DNA of 64,000 nt from Candidatus Cloacimonadota bacterium (lineage in GTDB: Bacteria > Cloacimonadota > Cloacimonadia > Cloacimonadales > TCS61): assembly GCA_030626645.1 (NCBI GenBank), contig DAOUTP010000001.1, positions 4,719 to 68,718 of the forward strand, in the 5' to 3' direction. The position numbers and the translations under genes are program-made. Under the pieces are notes generated by a model. The model saw nothing but the letters and a program-made list of their open reading frames with translations, searched no databases and was not told the origin of the DNA. This document shows positions 39,159 to 47,436 of the stretch, in pieces; the stretch's first letter is position 1; every line of letters starts with the position of its first letter.

Positions 39159-39442
39159 CTTTTTTATTTTTAAATAATTACTTCGTTATAATTATAGTAC
39201 AAATATACGACCTTATATTGCTTTCTCAACACTGGAAAATAAAAGTTATTAACAATTTGATGGTTTTATATTGTTTTAAGAACGCAAAGGAAAAAACGGG
39301 GCATAACACTAAATATAGCCCATTTGGCTACAAAATTGGTCCCTGAATGACAAGTCGGTCAATGCCAAACGTGCCATATTTTTAACGTTGTACTCCGTAT
39401 ATTATTATTTTGCGAATATTTTGTATATTAAATAAATCATAT

Positions 39443-39450
39443 TATCTTTG
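39443..39450 (+). promoter_or_regulatory. -7 box TATCTTTG
   Basis: Exact consensus, 36 nt upstream of ATG 39487. Confidence 0.5.
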
Positions 39451-39486
39451 CGGCATAAATTTTAATGTTAATAAATTAATGTAACA

Positions 39487-40110
39487 ATGAAAACACAAGT
39501 ATTAATGAAAAGAGAATTATTTGGGAATGAAATATCTCAACAATCAAAAACCGGATTTTTTAATGCAACCGATTTAGTAAAAATTGGAAATAAATGGAGA
39601 AATAGCAGAAATTTACCTATTTTTAATTTTAGTGCATTTTTAAATAATGTAAAAACCAAAGAATTTATAGAGGAGCTAAATAATAAATATGATATTGTAA
39701 TTAGTAAAGGTAAAAGTAAAAATTCTTCAACTTGGGTACACCCATTATTATTTATAGATATTGCCCTTGCCATAAATTCTAAATTAAAAGTTGAAGTTTA
39801 CGAATGGATGTTTGATAACTTAATTAAGTTTAGAAATGATAGCGGAGATAGTTATAAAGAGATGAGTGCGGCTATATGGCAAAGATTTCAAAATAAAAGA
39901 GAATTTCCAAAATACATTACAAAAGTTGCTAATTATATACGCAAATCATGTGGAATAGATAAATGGGAAAACGCTACCGAATCACAACTAAAACTAAGAG
40001 ATAAAATACATTATTCTATTAAAACGCTTACTAATGTATTAACAAACACAGATGAAGCAGTAAGATTAGGGGTTAAAGAAAATATTGACGGTTGTTCTTT
40101 GCAGTCTTAA
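39487..40110 (+). CDS. KilA-N domain protein
   Basis: FFNATDLVKIGNKWR...STWVHPLLFIDIALAINSKLKVEVYEWMFD matches the KilA-N pattern (..T..H.diA.eFA.WiSpeFKl....). Confidence 0.6.
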   Translation: MKTQVLMKRELFGNEISQQSKTGFFNATDLVKIGNKWRNSRNLPIFNFSAFLNNVKTKEFIEELNNKYDIVISKGKSKNSSTWVHPLLFIDIALAINSKLKVEVYEWMFDNLIKFRNDSGDSYKEMSAAIWQRFQNKREFPKYITKVANYIRKSCGIDKWENATESQLKLRDKIHYSIKTLTNVLTNTDEAVRLGVKENIDGCSLQS

Positions 40111-40759
40111 TTGGTTTACTCATAGATGGGCAGGGGTATGTTGCTTTTAATTTAACCGACTTATTCTGCAATACTTTTATTATTACTCCTACATTTTCCT
40201 TATCAATATAAAACGGTGGATCAACCGGACAAACAGGAATCAAATAAAACATACTATCATCCGGTAACCATTCACATTCAACCATCATATCCTGAACCAT
40301 CTCTGTCATGTTATTGAAGTCCCAGATGCCTTTTGTTCCTCGAATGAATGTAAACTCTACCCGAACAGGATAACCCTTTACAGAGCCTTGAAATTGCTTT
40401 CTAAAACTAATGTATTGCTTTTTTGTTTCAATTTTGTACCTTTTTACTTGGTTACTGTCTGTAATAAAAGGTAATACAGGTTTTCCGTTGTATTTCCAAT
40501 TTGATTTTTTTGCTGATTTTTTCCAAATTTGTTTTGAATTTTTTGATGAATATACCTCTCCCCTAATGAAAATATCATTAGGGGAGATGGTGGGTTTATT
40601 TAGAACACCGGTGGGAAGTTCTGGTTTAATCGTGGGTAATCTCGTCAAGCTTTTCAGGCTTTTCTTCTTTGACGGCTTTAAGGTTGCTTTGTACTCCTTT
40701 AGGCTCATTTGGTTTATTAAACGGTATCCCGAATTGCTCGTAAGCTGCTTTTTTATCAT
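40073..40759 (-). CDS. RusA-like Holliday-junction resolvase (tentative)
   Basis: 228-aa ORF. The core IFIRGEVYSSKNSKQ...VRVEFTFIRGTKGIWDFNNMTEMVQDMMVECEWLPDDS recalls RusA (D.DN..K...D.L...DD). The start is uncertain: it overlaps 40626..41066 by at least 83 nt. Confidence 0.45.
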   Translation of the reverse strand: MIKKQLTSNSGYRLINQMSLKEYKATLKPSKKKSLKSLTRLPTIKPELPTGVLNKPTISPNDIFIRGEVYSSKNSKQIWKKSAKKSNWKYNGKPVLPFITDSNQVKRYKIETKKQYISFRKQFQGSVKGYPVRVEFTFIRGTKGIWDFNNMTEMVQDMMVECEWLPDDSMFYLIPVCPVDPPFYIDKENVGVIIKVLQNKSVKLKATYPCPSMSKPIKTAKNNRQYFL

Positions 40760-41066
40760 CTATTAATAATTTATCAATAGTATCTTTTCTTATTTGATTT
40801 GCTTGCATTTCAGATGAATAAAGTACATCAATTGCTATTTTTCTCCTTACTTGTATTTCAAAAAATTCAACTTCTTTAATTAAACGTTGTCTTAATGCTT
40901 CAAACCCGCTTCGTTCAGCTTTTTTTATAGCTGTTTCGGCTTCAATACTTTTCACTTTCCTTGTTGCAATATTACTTTCAGGAATCATATTACAAAGTTG
41001 TTGTGCATTCACTTTTCCAAATTCGCATATTTCATCGAATGTTGGTTTTTCTGTTTTTGTTTTCAT
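40626..41066 (-). CDS. hypothetical protein
   Basis: 146-aa ORF downstream of the SSB-like gene. Confidence 0.6.
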   Translation of the reverse strand: MKTKTEKPTFDEICEFGKVNAQQLCNMIPESNIATRKVKSIEAETAIKKAERSGFEALRQRLIKEVEFFEIQVRRKIAIDVLYSSEMQANQIRKDTIDKLLIDDKKAAYEQFGIPFNKPNEPKGVQSNLKAVKEEKPEKLDEITHD

Positions 41067-41075
41067 ATTTTATTT

Positions 41076-41771
41076 TTAAAATGGTAAATCATCAGCTCCT
41101 GGAACAGGTTCCTTTTCATCCTGAAATTCAGGAGGCATATCTTCATCTTGAATTTCAGGTGGTTTATCTTTAACATCTGGCACATTATCTTCACTAAAAT
41201 TATCTCCCGATTTTTCAGGTACAGTATCAAACTCAATTGTATTGAACAATGTTTCTAAGTTGTGAATCAGAAATTGATTAATTTTGTCATAATCTTTTAA
41301 ATCTTTTCCACCAACCTTAATTGGTTCACCATCTTTTCCCTTTACAGTAAGAATCATTTCATTCAATTCTTTCATGTTATGTTTCCATGGTAATTTTTCT
41401 TCATCATATTTAACATGAGCACATCCAAAATCATTCTTTGTATAAACTTTGATAGATAAGTTTCCCTGTTTGGTTATTGAAAGTAAAGAATTCATAATTC
41501 CTCTTCCTAAATATGAAAATGGTATTGATAAAATATAGAGTTCATCTTTATCTGCAAGTCTTAAAATAAGAACCTTATATTTCTCATCATTCCATTCTTT
41601 TTCTTTTATGGCTACCCCAATTAACTTTCCCCATACTTTTTCTTCTGAAGGGAGTTCTTCTGAAACCCCATCATTGTATTTTTTTATTTTCCATTTTATT
41701 GGTTCACCCTGTTTTGCACTTAAATTAAAGTACAAAAGGCTTTTGTAATCATTTCCACTTCCGTATCCCAT
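41076..41771 (-). CDS. single-stranded-DNA-binding-like protein (acidic DDLPF tail)
   Basis: 231 aa ending ...DEDMPPEFQDEKEPVPGADDLPF. This is the canonical SSB C-terminal tip (D-D-[IL]-P-F) after an acidic linker. OB-fold not verified. Confidence 0.5.
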   Translation of the reverse strand: MGYGSGNDYKSLLYFNLSAKQGEPIKWKIKKYNDGVSEELPSEEKVWGKLIGVAIKEKEWNDEKYKVLILRLADKDELYILSIPFSYLGRGIMNSLLSITKQGNLSIKVYTKNDFGCAHVKYDEEKLPWKHNMKELNEMILTVKGKDGEPIKVGGKDLKDYDKINQFLIHNLETLFNTIEFDTVPEKSGDNFSEDNVPDVKDKPPEIQDEDMPPEFQDEKEPVPGADDLPF

Positions 41772-41832
41772 TTTTATAATTTTTTGCTAAATTAATACTA
41801 TTTTTTTGTTTTTATAATTTTTTTGCATTTTA

Positions 41833-41864
41833 TTTCAAAAAAAAGGGGAAATTAATCCCCTTTT
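41833..41864 (-). terminator. intrinsic terminator
   Basis: Minus-sense AAAAGGGGA-ttaatt-TCCCCTTTT followed by a T-run, 3 nt after the stop of 41867..43096. Confidence 0.6.
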
Positions 41865-41866
41865 AT

Positions 41867-43096
41867 TTATATTGGCGAACTACCATTAACAGAATATTCA
41901 GGATTGATTTGTTGAGTTCCTGGATTAGGCTCTGATGGGTATTCAGTTGTCGATAAAGCATCAAAACAATGTTTCCCAACACTCAAGCACTCATAAAGTG
42001 TTGGTAAATTCTGTACTGTTGCTCCCATTGGATTTTCTCCTTCTTTCAAATTACCTGATTCATCAATTAAACGTTGAAAAATGGTTAATGATTGTCCATC
42101 AGTAATATCAGTCATATATGTTTCAAAGAATTCTTTCATATAGTAATCTCTAAAACAATCTGAACGTTTATCGTGGATACGATAGTAAATATCTGTAGCA
42201 TCAGTTGTTGGAGTTGTATCCCATGTGGCCACAGTAGCTAATTCAGTACTTTGAACATAATCAGTAATTTGTCTGACTTGTCCTGCTCCTGTTGCTGCAG
42301 ATACAATACATACCCACATATCGTTAAATATATCGTTTTCTCTATCACCGTCAGCTATGATAGCACCATCACCTGCTGTTGCTACTACTTTTAATGTAGT
42401 TCCTGTACAGGCTGGTGAAAGTCCCAAATCTTCTGCAAATTTATAGGCACCAAGATAATGAAACAATAAAGGAGGTGTTGGAGCTGTTGCAAGTGATAAA
42501 AATTGTTTTGAGAGATATTCCCAAATTATTAATGAAACATCTTTTCCACCGGCTGCTACATTCAATTCAATGATATAATCAGTTAAGTCATATATTTCAT
42601 AAGTTGTGTCTCCGGCAGGATCAGTCCAAGCCGCACCACCAATTTCAGCAATATTATCAGCATTTACATAATCTAATATTCTTGCATCAATATTGGCTGT
42701 GCCTGTCCCACCAGTTGAATTAATTACCATTCCATTATAGTAATCATTAGCCTGAGCATCTGCTGATAACTGTAAGTGTGAAGTATCAGAATTAGTTATT
42801 ACTGATGTCCCGGTTGTTTCTGTTGTTCCATCATCAGTAAGTTTTACTCTTAACCTGGCATAAGTATCAAAATTCATAATTTTATTCCCCCCAGTATCAG
42901 TACATGGGCATAAAATATAAATCTGATCATAAGTAGCAGTTATTGCATCAACTACTGCTAAAAATTCATCTGTTGCTGTTGTATCATCATACTTTGATAT
43001 ATCAAGAAATACTGTATCAGGATACCAATACTTCATTAGAAAAGCACCTGGGGTTTGTTGAGCACTTGTTTTGTCGTAAATACATAAAAAAGCCAT
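41867..43096 (-). CDS. hypothetical protein, compositionally structural-like, own promoter and terminator
   Basis: 409 aa, Thr/Ala/Gly/Asp-rich like the fibre genes. A TAAATTTG box lies about 40 nt upstream and a terminator just downstream. Confidence 0.75.
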   Translation of the reverse strand: MAFLCIYDKTSAQQTPGAFLMKYWYPDTVFLDISKYDDTTATDEFLAVVDAITATYDQIYILCPCTDTGGNKIMNFDTYARLRVKLTDDGTTETTGTSVITNSDTSHLQLSADAQANDYYNGMVINSTGGTGTANIDARILDYVNADNIAEIGGAAWTDPAGDTTYEIYDLTDYIIELNVAAGGKDVSLIIWEYLSKQFLSLATAPTPPLLFHYLGAYKFAEDLGLSPACTGTTLKVVATAGDGAIIADGDRENDIFNDMWVCIVSAATGAGQVRQITDYVQSTELATVATWDTTPTTDATDIYYRIHDKRSDCFRDYYMKEFFETYMTDITDGQSLTIFQRLIDESGNLKEGENPMGATVQNLPTLYECLSVGKHCFDALSTTEYPSEPNPGTQQINPEYSVNGSSPI

Positions 43097-43152
43097 TTTT
43101 TCTAAATTTTAATTTATAATTTTAATTTGCAAATTTACGACTTTTTTTTGAA

Positions 43153-43275
43153 TCATTCATTTATTTTCTTTTGAATAATAGGTATCATGTTGTTCACTAC
43201 TTTTTCAATTTTGAAATTATTTCTTTCTTTGAATTTTACATCTTTTTGCCAGTCTATTGTTAATGTAATTTTCAT
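43153..43275 (-). CDS. possible 40-aa protein
   Basis: Own reading: MKITLTIDWQKDVKFKERNNFKIEKVVNNMIPIIQKKINE. Its ATG overlaps the upstream stop (ATGA). Confidence 0.35.
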   Translation of the reverse strand: MKITLTIDWQKDVKFKERNNFKIEKVVNNMIPIIQKKINE

Positions 43276-43562
43276 ATTTTTTCATTAATTAATAGTTGTC
43301 CTAATTCAATACGATTTTCTATTACTTTAACCGCATGTAAAACAGTTGCATGGTCTCTTTTAAATATCAATCCTACTTTTTTTGATTTATATTTTAATTT
43401 TGTTCTCAACAAATACATTATTACTTGTCTTGCTTCTACAATTTTTCTATGTTTATTTCTGCTTTTAATGTCTTTAACCGATACTTTGTATAATTTTGAT
43501 ATATTATCAATTATACTTAATTCTTTTAAAGGTATTAATGCAGGGGCGGTCATGTAGTTCAT
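43272..43562 (-). CDS. DnaA C-terminal (domain IV)-like DNA-binding protein
   Basis: KHRKIVEARQVIMYLLRTKLKYKSKKVGLIFKRDHATVLHAVKVIE matches the DnaA domain IV pattern (...aRqiAMYL.r.lt..s...IG..fg.rdHsTVlha...i). Confidence 0.6.
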   Translation of the reverse strand: MNYMTAPALIPLKELSIIDNISKLYKVSVKDIKSRNKHRKIVEARQVIMYLLRTKLKYKSKKVGLIFKRDHATVLHAVKVIENRIELGQLLINEKI

Positions 43563-43936
43563 ACTTTTTTTGGCTTAAATACTAAAACTGATTTTAATAT
43601 AGTTCTAAGATTTATTTTACCTGTAATTTCCCCTTCAAAAAAAACATTTTGTATTTTTTCTTTTTCTTCTATAAGCATTAAAATAGTCCATTTTTTACCA
43701 GAACACCACTGCAAAACAACAGGTTGAAACAAAAACTTATTGGTATGAGATGTATCTTGTATAAAATACACTGTAACAATTTTTTGTTTATTAAATATCA
43801 TATATGTTCCCCATTCAAAACCCCATTCTTTTAAGATTTCATAATCAATTAAATGTGTTAACTCATTTTCTTTCATAAGCAAAAATATGTTAAAATTGTT
43901 CCTATGATCAAACCTGATTGAATTGCCAATATACAA
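43559..43936 (-). CDS. hypothetical protein
   Basis: Track ORF; the start may be the internal MKENELTH (43876). Confidence 0.55.
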   Translation of the reverse strand: MYIGNSIRFDHRNNFNIFLLMKENELTHLIDYEILKEWGFEWGTYMIFNKQKIVTVYFIQDTSHTNKFLFQPVVLQWCSGKKWTILMLIEEKEKIQNVFFEGEITGKINLRTILKSVLVFKPKKV

Positions 43937-44077
43937 TAAAGTAATTTGATTCTTTTACTCATTTTCAATGTTCGCAAATAATATTTACCTTTCATTTTCC
44001 CTTTTTTAAAAAAGGGAAGATTTGGGACTTCTTCCCTTTAATTGTTTTTATTACATTTAACACATAAAGGAAGGATT

Positions 44078-44728
44078 TCAAAATATTTTTATTTTTACCG
44101 AAAACAAATTCCTTTTTTCATTGATTAATCGACTATACCCAAACCCAAATCTTTTTTCCCCAAAATAATCAAGTCCTATCATATAATCATTCATTTCAAA
44201 ATCTGTACTGAATCCACCTGTCAGCCAAAGTTGACGTTTTACAACAGGAACTTCAAAGGGGACTGGTACCGATACTTTTACAATACTTTTAATTGTTTTT
44301 TTTTCAATCATAAAATTATCAAATTCTAATTTCAATAATTTTCCCCATGTTAGAGCTTTCCATTCAAATCTGTAATTTGAATCTATTATCGAATCATGGT
44401 ATTGATTCATGGGAACATGTCTGTATATTGTGTCATATACCGTATCAGAATGACTTTTAAGTTTTTTATTAAGGTTTGCTATCAATATTTCATAAGTATC
44501 GACAGGGGCAGGCTCTGTGATTATAATTGGTCTTTGATATTCTAATACACTATCTACTTTTTGTTTTGCTGTGTATAAATCCCAATATTGCTGTTTTTGA
44601 TTGGATATTATTGTGTCTTTCGACATCAGTTGATACTTGCATTCTCTTTTTGTTGATTTTACCTTTATCCATTGCATTGCAACTAATAAAAGAAGTGCTA
44701 CTATTAAAATTGTTTTTACTTTATTCAT
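44078..44728 (-). CDS. membrane-anchored/secreted protein
   Basis: 216 aa with the N-terminal anchor MNKVKTILIVALLLLVAMQW. Followed by hairpins at 43990-44040. Confidence 0.65.
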   Translation of the reverse strand: MNKVKTILIVALLLLVAMQWIKVKSTKRECKYQLMSKDTIISNQKQQYWDLYTAKQKVDSVLEYQRPIIITEPAPVDTYEILIANLNKKLKSHSDTVYDTIYRHVPMNQYHDSIIDSNYRFEWKALTWGKLLKLEFDNFMIEKKTIKSIVKVSVPVPFEVPVVKRQLWLTGGFSTDFEMNDYMIGLDYFGEKRFGFGYSRLINEKRNLFSVKIKIF

Positions 44729-45030
44729 CCTTTTATAATTTTAATTTCTCTACCAAGTTCTTTACATACTTCTGTAACAGTCATTTCTTCTACTTTTGGA
44801 ATTGGAAGTTGTCTTGCATATTGATAAGCAAAAACTTCAAATGTTTCATTGTGTTTAAATTTATCCAATTGATCATAATTCACAGCTATAAATTGATATT
44901 TGGCACCGTAAATTTGACATAACACTAATGCTTTTCCAGGCGTTTTATCTAAATAACTCCAACATTCCATTATTTTTGGATAACCCTTTTGAATTATTGT
45001 TCCGTTTTTCATAATTATTTTATTTTTCAA
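44725..45030 (-). CDS. hypothetical protein
   Basis: 101-aa ORF with a 4-nt overlap downstream. Confidence 0.6.
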   Translation of the reverse strand: MKNKIIMKNGTIIQKGYPKIMECWSYLDKTPGKALVLCQIYGAKYQFIAVNYDQLDKFKHNETFEVFAYQYARQLPIPKVEEMTVTEVCKELGREIKIIKG

Positions 45031-45057
45031 ATTCCTGTTAATTCAATTATAGTATTT

Positions 45058-45420
45058 TCAACTTTTTTTTCCATTTAACTCTTTTTTGATTTCATTTGTT
45101 CTTTTTACTATTTTTGCCCATTCTTTAAGTGAAGTATCTCTTTTTGATAATTTACCAGTAACTGGATTTATTCTGTAAAAAAAATGATAATTTTTATCTA
45201 ATACCTTTTTCATTCCAAGAAGATAATAGTTTTTATCTCCTACCATAATTTGGTGCATAGAATAATGGTGCCAATCTTTAATATTGTTATTTTCTGCTAT
45301 TTTACATCGTTCATTATGATCGGTTCCACCTTTTAATGGAAACCGTGCTACTATGGTACCATCTTCTTTAAAAAATGTGATTTCTCCATTACAATAATGT
45401 TTACCTAAAATTACTTCCAT
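45058..45420 (-). CDS. hypothetical protein
   Basis: 120-aa ORF. Confidence 0.6.
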   Translation of the reverse strand: MEVILGKHYCNGEITFFKEDGTIVARFPLKGGTDHNERCKIAENNNIKDWHHYSMHQIMVGDKNYYLLGMKKVLDKNYHFFYRINPVTGKLSKRDTSLKEWAKIVKRTNEIKKELNGKKS

Positions 45421-45524
45421 AGTTTTAATTTTTTGTTCCGTTTGTCATAATTTAAGTTTTAAAAAGGAGCAGCTAAATTTTACCAAAAAAACTACTCCTT
45501 TCGTTCACATTCTGCTTAAGGAAG

Positions 45525-45668
45525 TTACTTTTTTGTTGGTTTGTAAATTATTTTTTTATTCTTTGATTTACTTTTTAAATTTCCAACTCCTCCACCGGAA
45601 CCATCTTTTTTTCTTGTTCCACCACAAGACCCCTTAGAACCTCTACCTTCATTTCCTCTTTTTTCCAT
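45525..45668 (-). CDS. possible 47-aa Gly/Lys-rich protein
   Basis: Own reading: MEKRGNEGRGSKGSCGGTRKKDGSGGGVGNLKSKSKNKKIIYKPTKK. Below the track cut-off. Confidence 0.35.
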   Translation of the reverse strand: MEKRGNEGRGSKGSCGGTRKKDGSGGGVGNLKSKSKNKKIIYKPTKK

Positions 45669-45715
45669 TATTACAATATTTGAATTAGCAAAATTAATAT
45701 TAATTTCTTAATAAC

Positions 45716-46006
45716 CTAATTTTTTTGCAGTTTTTTTCTCTTTTTTTTTGATATTAATTTAATCAATTTCTTTTCCAACCATTCAACATATTCAGGAGAC
45801 GGAAAATCAGTTCCTAATACACTTATAGTTGTTCTGTTCCCTGTTTCTTCTCTAAATTCTTTTTGTAAATTCATACATTTTAAATATTGAAATGTTTGTG
45901 CATCACTTTCTTTTATGTATTTTTTTGAATAAGAAGATAGATTTGAACCAATATGTTGCCTTGACACATTTACAAAATCATATTTATTAGATTTCATTTT
46001 ATCCAT
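45716..46006 (-). CDS. hypothetical protein
   Basis: 96-aa ORF. Confidence 0.55.
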   Translation of the reverse strand: MDKMKSNKYDFVNVSRQHIGSNLSSYSKKYIKESDAQTFQYLKCMNLQKEFREETGNRTTISVLGTDFPSPEYVEWLEKKLIKLISKKKRKKLQKN

Positions 46007-46045
46007 TTTTTTTTATTTTTATAATTATTCATAATTTTAAGTATT

Positions 46046-46798
46046 TTATTTTTTAATAAAAATTGATTTCCAATGATCATCTATATAACAATAATCATCA
46101 TCACCCATCATACCCATATCACCTTCCCTTGCACCTTCATCATCATATTTTTTATTAGCAAAATTAAATATTTTAGTGTTATCAATTTCTTTCATTTTTA
46201 CTAATCTAATATATGCTCCTCTTGCAAATAGGAGCATAGTTGTAAAATAACCAAAACTATCGTGCTTATCCGATAGTTTCAACTCTTCCATAAACTTTTT
46301 GATTTCAGGTTGAGGTACTTTTAATATTGTCATTATATCTGGAAGCGTATATTTCCCATTTAAAATATTCCAACAATTTTCTTTTCTTCCGATTTCTTTT
46401 TTAAGTTTTGTTTTCATGGCTTTATAAGTTTTATTTTTATTTACTACAATTTCAAATCCAATATCCGATATAATAAAATCAGAACATATAGTAAAATAAC
46501 GATTACCTCTTATAATTTTAATTTTATCTTTTTTATTAGGCATTCTCCCTTTTCTCTCTTTAAATCCAGACATATTATATAACATATCTGTATTCATTGT
46601 TGTCGGTGAAAATTCTAAATATTCAGAGTATATTATACCATTTAATATTTCTAACTTATGCTTTTCTTTAGCTGTTTTAATATCTCCATTATTTATATCT
46701 GTTCTAAATGTTTGCAAAATTATTGGAGTTTCAAATGCAGAATAAAAATTAATTAATGTTTTTTTGTCTAATTCATTTGTTATATCAGTAATTTTCAT
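46046..46798 (-). CDS. hypothetical protein
   Basis: 250-aa ORF. Its start lies in the conserved junction repeat. Confidence 0.65.
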   Translation of the reverse strand: MKITDITNELDKKTLINFYSAFETPIILQTFRTDINNGDIKTAKEKHKLEILNGIIYSEYLEFSPTTMNTDMLYNMSGFKERKGRMPNKKDKIKIIRGNRYFTICSDFIISDIGFEIVVNKNKTYKAMKTKLKKEIGRKENCWNILNGKYTLPDIMTILKVPQPEIKKFMEELKLSDKHDSFGYFTTMLLFARGAYIRLVKMKEIDNTKIFNFANKKYDDEGAREGDMGMMGDDDYCYIDDHWKSIFIKK

Positions 46799-46818
46799 AA
46801 TTTTAAGTATTTTATTTT

Positions 46819-47118
46819 TTAATACATTAAACCATTTTCAATTCTATATTTTTCAGAATATTGATTTTCACATAATTTAAAAAAATTTTCATCTTTATAA
46901 CTTATTTTTTCATTTATTTCCCCAGTTATAATAGCTTCATAAACTCTCCGGTGAAAACTATTACAAGCACTAATTTTATCGTTTTTATTACTTATCCTAC
47001 TATTTTCAAAAACCTTAAAATTATACCATTTACCTTTATGTTTTTTTCTAAGAATTGTTCTAAATTCTATTCCATCTTTAATTTCTTTAACTTCAACATA
47101 AGGATATACTAAATTCAT
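46819..47118 (-). CDS. hypothetical protein
   Basis: 99-aa ORF. Its start lies in the conserved junction repeat. Confidence 0.6.
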   Translation of the reverse strand: MNLVYPYVEVKEIKDGIEFRTILRKKHKGKWYNFKVFENSRISNKNDKISACNSFHRRVYEAIITGEINEKISYKDENFFKLCENQYSEKYRIENGLMY

Positions 47119-47145
47119 AATTTTAAGTATTTGTTAAATTTAATA

Positions 47146-47424
47146 TTAAGAACAATCTCGCCATTTTTTATAACTATCTTCATCATAACCAATGTTGTTA
47201 TCCATAATAGATATTACAGGTTCAATATAAAAACCTTTTAAAGCTTCAATAGCTCTTTTTCTAATATTAATACCATCTATTTGATTTCCCCCAACTCCTT
47301 CATATTTATTACCTTTAAAACTTCCATCAAAATTATACCTTGCATAATAATTACCGGCAGTTGCTCTTAAAGAACATCCGATTAAAGTAAGCCATTGAAC
47401 ATATCGTGCTTGAAATAATGTCAT
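47146..47424 (-). CDS. hypothetical protein
   Basis: 92-aa ORF. Confidence 0.55.
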   Translation of the reverse strand: MTLFQARYVQWLTLIGCSLRATAGNYYARYNFDGSFKGNKYEGVGGNQIDGINIRKRAIEALKGFYIEPVISIMDNNIGYDEDSYKKWRDCS

Positions 47425-47436
47425 ATTACATTTATT

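Larger units (their letters stand above)
38726..39310. mobile_element. IR-bracketed unit (13-bp arms AGTGTTATGCCCC / GGGGCATAACACT), cargo on the opposite strand to its module
   Basis: Perfect 13-bp inverted repeat at 38726-38738 and 39298-39310. It encloses two minus-strand ORFs and its own TATATTTG box. It has the same core arms as the unit at 62157-62449. Confidence 0.6.

Noticed and set aside
38840-39346. 168-aa plus-strand ORF spanning the backwards unit.
   Set aside because: It is antisense to two compact minus-strand ORFs, has low-complexity Leu/Phe/Ile-rich sequence, and crosses the right IR arm. Judged spurious.
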